Source: Thermoanaerobaculia bacterium | GTDB taxonomy: Bacteria; Acidobacteriota; Thermoanaerobaculia; UBA5066; Gp7-AA6 | Assembly (NCBI GenBank): GCA_035506175.1 | Contig: DATJPZ010000103.1 | Coordinates: 16,579-80,578, forward strand | Reading direction: 5' to 3' | Length of the DNA: 64,000 bases | Shown here: positions 16,657 to 23,695 of the stretch, piece by piece | Numbering within the stretch: the first letter of the stretch is position 1 | Layout of the letters: every line of letters begins with the position of its first letter | The notes under the pieces: generated by a model | Told to the model about the DNA's origin: nothing | Seen by the model: only the letters and a program-made list of their open reading frames with translations | The model's database searches: none | Made by a program: the position numbers and the translations under genes

Positions 16657-17592
16657 ATGGCCGACGTCTTCATCAGCTACGCCCACGCCGACGCGGCGAT
16701 CGCGGCGGCCGTGGCCCACGGCCTCGAGGAGCGCGGCTACACGACCTGGCGCTACGAAGAGAAGAGCCGTCTCGGCGGGTCGTACCTCGAGCGCATCGGA
16801 CGCGAGATCCGGTCCTGCCGCGCGGCGCTCTTCGTGATCTCGCACGCCTCGCTCGCCTCGCCGCAGTGCAAGGGAGAGCTCGTCCGGGCGCACGAGCTCG
16901 ACAAGCCGCTCCTCCCGATGCGACGCGACATTTCCCACGAGGATCTGCTGCGCCTGAGCGACGACTGGGCGATGGCGTTGAAGGGCGCCGTCACGGCCGA
17001 CATCACCGACGCGACCGCGGCGGCCATGGCCGACGAGGCCGTCGCGGTGCTTCGCGAGCAGAACATCGAGCCCCTCGGCGGAGGTCCGCCGCCCGCGGCC
17101 TCGCCGCTCAAGCGCCTCTCGCGGGGCGCGGTGCACGGGCTGCCGCCAAAGGACCTGCCGCTCGGCGCGATGGTCGCCGGCATCGTCGGCGTCCTCGGCG
17201 TCCCCTACACGCTCTACCACTTCGGCCACGCCCTCTGGCCGGGCCAGGATCCCGAGGGCTGGGTCCTGACGCACTTCCACGGGTTCCGCACCGCGACGAT
17301 CCTCGCCAACTTCGTCGGAATCATCCAGAACGGCCTGCTCGTCCGCGGCGCCATGCTCGCGCATCGCGGCGACCCGAAGGGCGGGCCGCTGCTGCGCACG
17401 GTCTCGAAGACCATGCTCATCGCGATCGGCCTCTGGTTTCTCGTCTGCCTGTTCTCCTTCTCGGGACGCAACGTCCCGCCGGGGCTGGTGAGCGGCGCCT
17501 TCAACGCCGCGCTCGTGGCGGCCGTTCCCTCGGCGGCGATTTTCGCGCTCTACCGCAAGAGCGGGCAGGCGCCCGCCCCCGCGAACCCGTGA
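16657..17592 (+). CDS. TIR domain protein fused to a C-terminal four-helix membrane domain
   Basis: GAGGAG upstream. MADVFISYAHADAAIA...RSCRAALFVISHASLASPQCKGELVRAHE forms the TIR core with a candidate catalytic Glu. Four hydrophobic helices follow in the C-terminal half. Confidence 0.85.
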   Translation: MADVFISYAHADAAIAAAVAHGLEERGYTTWRYEEKSRLGGSYLERIGREIRSCRAALFVISHASLASPQCKGELVRAHELDKPLLPMRRDISHEDLLRLSDDWAMALKGAVTADITDATAAAMADEAVAVLREQNIEPLGGGPPPAASPLKRLSRGAVHGLPPKDLPLGAMVAGIVGVLGVPYTLYHFGHALWPGQDPEGWVLTHFHGFRTATILANFVGIIQNGLLVRGAMLAHRGDPKGGPLLRTVSKTMLIAIGLWFLVCLFSFSGRNVPPGLVSGAFNAALVAAVPSAAIFALYRKSGQAPAPANP

Positions 17593-18680
17593 CGGACGTC
17601 GACGCCCTCCCCACGCCCGCCGTCGTCGTGGACCTCGACGTCCTCGAGCGCAACGTCGCGCGGATGCAGGAACGCGCGAGCCGTTCGGGCGTGAAGCTGC
17701 GCCCCCACGCGAAGACGCACAAGTCGCCCGAGGTGGCGCGCCTGCAGCGCTCCGCCGGCGCGAGCGGGCTCACCCTCGCGAAGACCTCGGAGGCGGAGGT
17801 GTTCGCCGACCTCGGCTTCGACGACATCTTCCTCGCGTACCCCGTCGTCGGCGACGACAAGGCCCGGCGCCTGCTGAAGCTCGCCGATCGCGTGCGTCTC
17901 GCCGTCGGCGTCGACAGCCTCGACGGCGCCCGCTCGCTCGGCGGCGCGTTCGCCCGCGCGGGCCGGACGCTCTCCGTGCGCCTCGAGATCGACCCCGGCT
18001 TCCACCGCTCGGGCGTCCTGCCCGAGGACACCGTCGCGCTCGCGCGCGCGGTGGCCGACGTGCCGGGCCTCGAGCTCTCCGCGATCTTCACGCACGCGGG
18101 CCAGGGCTACGCGGCGACGACTCCCGAAGAAGTCGCGCGCGTCGGCGCCGAGGAGGCGCGCCTCGCGGTCGAAACGGCCGAAGCCCTGCGCGCGGCCGGC
18201 CTGCCGATCGCCGAGGTCTCCGTCGGTTCGACGCCCACCGCCGTGGCGGCGATGTCGGGCGCCGGCGTCACCGAGTGCCGTCCGGGAACCTACGTCTTCA
18301 ACGACCGCTCGCAGGTCGCCCTCGGAAGCGCGGCGCCGGAAGACTGCGCCCTGACCGTCATCGCGACCGTCGTCAGCGCTCCGGCCGCCGACCGCGCCGT
18401 CGTCGACGCGGGCTCGAAGACGCTGTCCTCGGACGCCAGCCGCCCGACCGCGGACGGCTACGGGCTCGTCGTGGGGCGACAAACGCGGATCGCCCGCGTC
18501 TCGGAGGAGCACGGCGTCCTCGCGGTCGCGCCCGGCGAGCGATTCCGGGTCGGCGAGCGCGTCCGCCTGCTGCCCAACCATGCCTGCGCCGTCGTCAACC
18601 TGCACGACGCGCTGGTGGCGGTGCGGGGCGGGCGCGTCGAGGGCCGGCTCACCGTCGCCGCGCGCGGCCGCGTCCAGTAG
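17589..18680 (+). CDS. D-threonine aldolase / D-serine dehydratase-like PLP enzyme (alanine racemase N-terminal fold, DSD1 family)
   Basis: GTGA overlap with the TIR stop. LPTPAVVVDLDVLERNVARMQ...KLRPHAKTHK (PLP lysine) ...RPGTYVFND...LLPNHAC. Confidence 0.8.
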   Translation: MTDVDALPTPAVVVDLDVLERNVARMQERASRSGVKLRPHAKTHKSPEVARLQRSAGASGLTLAKTSEAEVFADLGFDDIFLAYPVVGDDKARRLLKLADRVRLAVGVDSLDGARSLGGAFARAGRTLSVRLEIDPGFHRSGVLPEDTVALARAVADVPGLELSAIFTHAGQGYAATTPEEVARVGAEEARLAVETAEALRAAGLPIAEVSVGSTPTAVAAMSGAGVTECRPGTYVFNDRSQVALGSAAPEDCALTVIATVVSAPAADRAVVDAGSKTLSSDASRPTADGYGLVVGRQTRIARVSEEHGVLAVAPGERFRVGERVRLLPNHACAVVNLHDALVAVRGGRVEGRLTVAARGRVQ

Positions 18681-18724
18681 GTCCGGGCCCCGGGACCCCG
18701 AACACGGCGCCTCCCGACAGATAC

Positions 18725-18753
18725 TTGACTAGACAACTATTGCCCGGTAAAGT
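18725..18753 (+). promoter_or_regulatory. Sigma-70-like promoter of marR-like gene: TTGACT - 17 nt - TAAAGT
   Basis: -35 at 18725-18730 and -10 at 18748-18753. ATG 18764 lies only 10 nt after the -10 and there is no SD. An imperfect palindrome TTGaCTAGaCAA overlaps the -35. Confidence 0.5.
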
Positions 18754-18763
18754 TCCGACCCTC

Positions 18764-19267
18764 ATGCCGACGCCCCGCAGCGCCCTCGCCCGCGAGATCC
18801 GGCAGACGAAGCCCTTCCGGTCGAAACGGCAGGAGGCGGCCCTCGCCCTGCTGAAGACGGTCGACCGGCTGCGCCAGCGCACCGGCGAGGTCTTCGAGCC
18901 GTTCGGCGTCACCGACCAGCAGTACAACGTGCTCCGCATCCTGCGCGGCGCCGGTCCGGCCGGCCTGCCGACGCTCGACATCGCGGGGCGGATGATCGAG
19001 CACGCGCCCGGAATCACGCGCCTCGTGGACCGGCTCGAGAAGAAAGGCCTCGTCGTCCGGAAGCGCTGCGCCACCGACCGCCGCCAGGTTTTCTGCGTCC
19101 TTGCCCCCGCCGGCGCGACGCTCCTCGCGCGCATGGACGCCCCCGTCCGGCGCATGGACGGCCTCCTGTCGGCGCTCTCGGAATCGCAGGCCACGACCCT
19201 GGTTCGCCTGCTCGACGCCGTCCGCGCCGGGCTGAATCGTCCTTCCACGTCCCGCCGCAAGGCGTGA
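18764..19267 (+). CDS. MarR family transcriptional regulator
   Basis: VTDQQYNVLRILRGAGPAGLPTLDIAGRMIEHAPGITRLVDRLEKKGLVVRKRCATDRRQV (winged HTH). Confidence 0.85.
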   Translation: MPTPRSALAREIRQTKPFRSKRQEAALALLKTVDRLRQRTGEVFEPFGVTDQQYNVLRILRGAGPAGLPTLDIAGRMIEHAPGITRLVDRLEKKGLVVRKRCATDRRQVFCVLAPAGATLLARMDAPVRRMDGLLSALSESQATTLVRLLDAVRAGLNRPSTSRRKA

Positions 19268-19293
19268 CCCGACTCACCCGAAAGGAGACTCCC

Positions 19294-19899
19294 ATGGTCC
19301 GCCGACTCGCCGCCGTTCTCTTCGTTCTCGCCGCCGCCGCGCCGCTCGCGGCCGCGGACACGTACACGATCGACAAGACGCATTCCGACGTCAGCTTCCA
19401 GATCCGGCACTTCTCCTCGAAGGTGCGCGGCCGCTTCTCGGACTTCGAGGGGACGATCCAGGCCGATCCGGCCAGGCCGACGGCATCCTCGGTGACCTTC
19501 ACGATCAAGACCACCTCGATCGACACGAACAGCTCCAAGCGCGACGACGACCTGCGGTCCGCCAACTTCTTCGACGCCGCGAAGTTCCCCGAGATCTCGT
19601 TCAAGAGCGCGTCGATGACGTCGACCGGCAAGGACACGTACGCGGTGACCGGCACCCTGACGATGCACGGCGTCTCGAAGCAGGTCACGCTGCCCGTGAC
19701 GTTTCTCGGCTCGGCCAAGGATCCCTGGGGCAACGAGCGCGCGAGCTTCGAGCTCAACACGAAGCTCAACCGCAAGGACTTCGGCATCGACTGGAACAAG
19801 ACGCTCGACACGGGCGGCCTGATGCTGTCCGACGACGTCGACGTCACCATCGACCTCGAGACGATCAAGAAGAAGCCCGAAGCGCCGGCCGCGAAGTGA
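19294..19899 (+). CDS. YceI family periplasmic (polyisoprenoid-binding) protein
   Basis: AAGGAG upstream of ATG 19294. Signal peptide. YTIDKTHSDVSFQIRHF...RGRF..F.G...TLTMHGVSKQVTLPV. Confidence 0.85.
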   Translation: MVRRLAAVLFVLAAAAPLAAADTYTIDKTHSDVSFQIRHFSSKVRGRFSDFEGTIQADPARPTASSVTFTIKTTSIDTNSSKRDDDLRSANFFDAAKFPEISFKSASMTSTGKDTYAVTGTLTMHGVSKQVTLPVTFLGSAKDPWGNERASFELNTKLNRKDFGIDWNKTLDTGGLMLSDDVDVTIDLETIKKKPEAPAAK

Positions 19900-19956
19900 G
19901 CGGCGGCGTCCAGGCGGCGGCGGGGGCGCTCCGGCGCGCCCCGGCCCCGTTTCGGG

Positions 19957-19962
19957 TAAAGT
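19957..19962 (+). promoter_or_regulatory. -10-like box TAAAGT 10 nt upstream of ATG 19973 (same geometry as the marR promoter)
   Basis: gggTAAAGTctgcagtgccATG. No SD. Confidence 0.35.
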
Positions 19963-19972
19963 CTGCAGTGCC

Positions 19973-21130
19973 ATGACAACAGACGTTTCCCCGGCCCCCA
20001 AGGCAGTCCTGCGCCCGTCGGCGGTCCTCGGCTTTCTGGCCGTGCACCTGGCCGCGCTCGGCGTCCTCGCGATCGGCTTCTCGTGGAAGGGCGTCGCCCT
20101 TTGCGTCGCGTCCTACTACCTGAGGATGTTCGCCATCACGGCGGGATTCCACCGCTATTTCAGCCACCGCACCTACCGGCTGCACCGGGTGCCCCAGTTC
20201 CTGCTCGCCTTTCTCGGCCAGACCGCGGCGCAGAAGGGCGTCCTCTGGTGGGCCTCGAACCACCGCCACCACCACAAATACTCGGACCGCCCCGAGGACG
20301 TGCACAGCCCGGTTCAGCGCGGGTTCTGGTGGAGCCACATGGGCTGGATCGTCTCCGACGAGTTCGCGGAGTCCGACCACTCGCGCGTGCCCGACCTCGC
20401 GAAGTTCCCGGAGCTCGTCTGGCTCGACCGGCGCCAGTATCTGCCGACGGTCCTCTACGCCGTCGCGCTCTCCCTGGCCTTCGGTTGGGTCGGCCTCTTC
20501 TACGGCTACTTCCTTTCGACCGTCCTTCTCTGGCACGGCACCTTCACCATCAACAGCGTCATGCACCTCTTCGGGCGCCGCGTGTACGCGACGACCGACG
20601 ACTCGCGCAACAGTTTCCTCTTCTCGCTCGTGACGATGGGCGAGGGCTGGCACAACAATCACCACTGGGCGCCGGGCTCGGCCGCCCAGGGCTTCCACTG
20701 GTGGCAGGTCGACGCGAGCTACTACCTGCTCTGGCTCGGCGAAAAGGTCGGCCTCGTCCGCGGACTCCACCGCCGCCCCCGGCACTTCCGCGAGGCCGCG
20801 CACGAGGCGCGGCGCACCGGACGCGCTTTCACGTCGGCGCGCCTGCACGAGCGGGTGCAGCACCTGACGCACCGCTGGGGCGAGCTCCGCCAGTCCGCGC
20901 GCGTGACGGCCCACGAGGCCTTCGTCGAGCTCGAGGCCGCGCGGGTGAGCGCCGCGAAGCGACTCGAGCACCTCCACGACGAGGCGGCGGCCGTCGGCGC
21001 CCGGGCCCACCGTCGCCTCGAGGAGCTCCATGCCGAGATTGAAAAGGCGCGGGCGCATCTGGCCGAGATCCTCGAGCGGCTCGTGACGATCGCCGAATCG
21101 CTCGGCACGCCGGACCCGCAGCCGGCCTGA
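19973..21130 (+). CDS. Acyl-CoA (delta-9-type) fatty acid desaturase with long C-terminal helical extension
   Basis: Histidine boxes HRYFSH, HRHHH and HNNHH. About 95 extra C-terminal residues rich in Ala/Arg/Glu/His. Confidence 0.9.
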   Translation: MTTDVSPAPKAVLRPSAVLGFLAVHLAALGVLAIGFSWKGVALCVASYYLRMFAITAGFHRYFSHRTYRLHRVPQFLLAFLGQTAAQKGVLWWASNHRHHHKYSDRPEDVHSPVQRGFWWSHMGWIVSDEFAESDHSRVPDLAKFPELVWLDRRQYLPTVLYAVALSLAFGWVGLFYGYFLSTVLLWHGTFTINSVMHLFGRRVYATTDDSRNSFLFSLVTMGEGWHNNHHWAPGSAAQGFHWWQVDASYYLLWLGEKVGLVRGLHRRPRHFREAAHEARRTGRAFTSARLHERVQHLTHRWGELRQSARVTAHEAFVELEAARVSAAKRLEHLHDEAAAVGARAHRRLEELHAEIEKARAHLAEILERLVTIAESLGTPDPQPA

Positions 21131-21140
21131 CGGCGCCGCC

Positions 21141-21644
21141 ATGAGCGGCCGCGACTTCCTGCGGCGCAAGATCCGCGACCCCATCCGGCAGCAGCTGACC
21201 CGGGGGCTCTCGCCGGAAAAGATCGCGCTCACCGTCGCCGTGGGCCTGACGATCGCCGTCAACCCGATCGTCGGCACGACGACCATCCTCTGCTTCGGGG
21301 CGGCGTGGGCCCTCGGCCTGAACCAGCCGATCATCCAGGCCATCAACTTCTCGTCGTACGCGCTGCAGCTGCTCCTGATCTTCCCTTTCATCCGCCTCGG
21401 GGAGTGGGTTTTCCGCGCTCCCCGGGAGAATCGCTCCCTCGAGCGCCTGCTCGCGCTGATGCGCGAGGACTTCGGCCGCGCCCTGGCCGACGTCGGCGTC
21501 ACGCTGCTCCACGCGTTCGTCGCCTGGCTCGCCGCCGCGCCCCTGCTCGCCGCGCTCGTCTACGCCGCGGCGCTTCCGGCGGCGCGATCGATGGCGCGGC
21601 GGATCGCGGCCGCGCGCGCGCCGCAGGCCTCCGAGGATCCCTGA
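21141..21644 (+). CDS. DUF2062-like membrane protein
   Basis: GLSPEKIALTVAVGLTIAVNPIVGTTTILC... is typical of the DUF2062 N-terminus. Three TM segments. Confidence 0.6.
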   Translation: MSGRDFLRRKIRDPIRQQLTRGLSPEKIALTVAVGLTIAVNPIVGTTTILCFGAAWALGLNQPIIQAINFSSYALQLLLIFPFIRLGEWVFRAPRENRSLERLLALMREDFGRALADVGVTLLHAFVAWLAAAPLLAALVYAAALPAARSMARRIAAARAPQASEDP

Positions 21645-21693
21645 CGCCCGCGCGCCCTGGAGCGCGGGCGGCGCCTGGAGTACGCTCTCTTCA

Positions 21694-22605
21694 GTGGATC
21701 TGCCCTCACCGCTCGAGCGGGCGCCCGGGGGGCTGTGCGACGGACTCGCGCTCTGGTTGAAGCGCGAAGACCTCCACGAGCTCGGCGCTTTCAAATGGCG
21801 CGGCGCTCTGCCGACCGTCGACGCCTACAAGGGGCGGGGCGCCGCGGCCGTCGTCACGGCCTCGACCGGCAACCACGGCGCGGCGGTCGCCTGGGCGTGC
21901 CGGCGGCTCGGGCTGCGCGCCATGGTCTACGCGCCCGCCGGAGCCTCGCTCGCGAAGCTCGCCTTGATCGACGGTCTCGGCGCCGAGGTCCGCCTGGCCG
22001 GGACCGACCTCGACTTCGCCAAGGAGGAAGGCAAGCGCTTCGCGGCCGACGCCCACGTGCCGTTCTTCGAAGACGGCGTCGAGGCGACGCAGTACGACGG
22101 CTACGGCGTCATCGCCGACGAGATCCTGGACCAGGCGCCCGAACCGCCCGGCGCGGTCGTCGTGCCCGTCGGCAACGGCGCCCTGGTCGGCGGCATCGGG
22201 CGGACGCTGAAGGCCCGCTCCCCCGCGACCCTCGTCGTCGCCGTGGCGGCCAAGGAGGCGCCCGTCATGGCGCTCTCGTTCGAGGCGCGGTATCCCATCG
22301 CGTGCGACCGGATGGCGACGTTCGCCGACGGCCTCGCCGTGCGCGTGGCCATCCCCGAGGCCGTGCAGGCGCTCGACGCCGTCGTCGACCGCTTCCTCCT
22401 CGTCTCCGAGCGTGCGCTGGCCCACGCGGTCGGCGCGTACGCGCGCGCGGGACTTCGCGTCGAAGGCGCGGCGGCGGCGCCGCTCGCCGCGCTCCCGCGC
22501 CTGCGCGACGTCTCGGGACCGGTCGTGGCGATCGTCACGGGCCGCAACATCGACGAGGAGCTTCACCGCCGGGCGGTCGAGCAGCCGGAGACCTTCTCCG
22601 AGTAG
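21694..22605 (+). CDS. PLP-dependent threonine/serine dehydratase-family (PALP fold) enzyme
   Basis: GTG start. LKREDLHELGAFKWRGA (PLP Lys) ...TASTGNHGAAVA...VPVGNGALVGG. Confidence 0.75.
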   Translation: MDLPSPLERAPGGLCDGLALWLKREDLHELGAFKWRGALPTVDAYKGRGAAAVVTASTGNHGAAVAWACRRLGLRAMVYAPAGASLAKLALIDGLGAEVRLAGTDLDFAKEEGKRFAADAHVPFFEDGVEATQYDGYGVIADEILDQAPEPPGAVVVPVGNGALVGGIGRTLKARSPATLVVAVAAKEAPVMALSFEARYPIACDRMATFADGLAVRVAIPEAVQALDAVVDRFLLVSERALAHAVGAYARAGLRVEGAAAAPLAALPRLRDVSGPVVAIVTGRNIDEELHRRAVEQPETFSE

Positions 22606-23655
22606 TCAGTCCTCGTAGCCCTGGCGATAGAGAAGCTTGACGCCGGGCGGTCCCTCGAGCCGGATCTCGTGGAAGCCGTGCTTTGGCAGCGCCGGCGGGC
22701 GGAACACCAGGACGTAATGTCCCTGGATGGCACTCGCCGCCGTCTTCATCGCCCAGCGCGGAAAGTCCCAGGTCGGCAGGTAGTAGCCGCCCGTCTCGAA
22801 GGAGAGCCGTTCGAGCCCGGCCTCGAGGCTGTGGTGGCCACCGCTGACGTCGAGCGCGAAGACCGGCGCCTGCGCGCGGCCGAGAGCGGCAATGGCCCGT
22901 TCGTATTCCGGCGAGTAGCGCATCGTTCCGAGGCCCGCCCCCGGCGCCAGAAAGCTCACGTCCCCGACGCCCCAGCCGAGAAAGAGGATCGCCTTCGAGC
23001 CGGGAAGCGGGCGCAGCGCGTCGCCGAGGGCGATGAACGCCTTCTCGATCGACGTCACGCCGTCGCGGCCGCGCACGATCCCTTCGAGCGACGGCGGCTC
23101 GGGCGAGGCCGGCGCGTTCTCGAGCACGAGCGCCTTCTTGATGGCGGCGCGCGCCCGCGCGCGATCGCGCGTGAAATCCTGACGCAGCCACAGGCTCGAC
23201 CCGAACGTCACGACGGCGACCTCGTCGTCGGGCTGCAGCGTGTCGAGAAACTCGAGGGCCTGTCGCGACATGCGCAGGTGCCCCTCGATCTTCACGGCCT
23301 CGATGTGCCACTGGAAGAAGAAGACGATCAGGCGGCCCGTCGGCGTCGCGTCGGCGGCGGCGGGCGGCGCCGCGGGCCCGGGCGCGGTCGTCCGCGGCGG
23401 GGGCTCCGTCTCGGCCCGGCGCTCGTTCGAGACCCAGTCGAGGCTCTCGATCGGCACGTCGCGTCCGTCGACGTAGAGCCGCAGGTCGCGCGGCCCGAGG
23501 CCGCGGACGGGCTCGCCGGTGCGGTCCGCCGCGTGGAGCGTCACTTCGACGACCGTGACGTGGACCTGCTCCTGCACGGGCTGCTGGACGGTCTGCGGCC
23601 AGAGCAGCGCGGGCGCGAGGAAACCCGCGGCGAACGGTCCCGAAGCGCGCTTCAC
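22606..23655 (-). CDS. VWA-domain protein (acidobacterial-type secreted VWFA-related)
   Basis: GTG start. Signal sequence. ...DLRLYVDGRDVPI... then LIVFFFQ...VAVVTFGSSL...ILFLGWG is VWA-like. Confidence 0.65.
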   Translation of the reverse strand: MKRASGPFAAGFLAPALLWPQTVQQPVQEQVHVTVVEVTLHAADRTGEPVRGLGPRDLRLYVDGRDVPIESLDWVSNERRAETEPPPRTTAPGPAAPPAAADATPTGRLIVFFFQWHIEAVKIEGHLRMSRQALEFLDTLQPDDEVAVVTFGSSLWLRQDFTRDRARARAAIKKALVLENAPASPEPPSLEGIVRGRDGVTSIEKAFIALGDALRPLPGSKAILFLGWGVGDVSFLAPGAGLGTMRYSPEYERAIAALGRAQAPVFALDVSGGHHSLEAGLERLSFETGGYYLPTWDFPRWAMKTAASAIQGHYVLVFRPPALPKHGFHEIRLEGPPGVKLLYRQGYED

Positions 23656-23695
23656 GACGTCCGCAACGAGGCTCGCTCCGCCGCGATTCCCGGTG

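Noticed and set aside
16143-17588. N-terminal 480 codons of the 845-aa plus-strand ORF running through the SLATT-like and TIR genes
   Set aside because: It is an off-frame, Arg/Pro-rich translation. The real gene begins at GTG 17589, where the DSD1/D-TA-like sequence starts.
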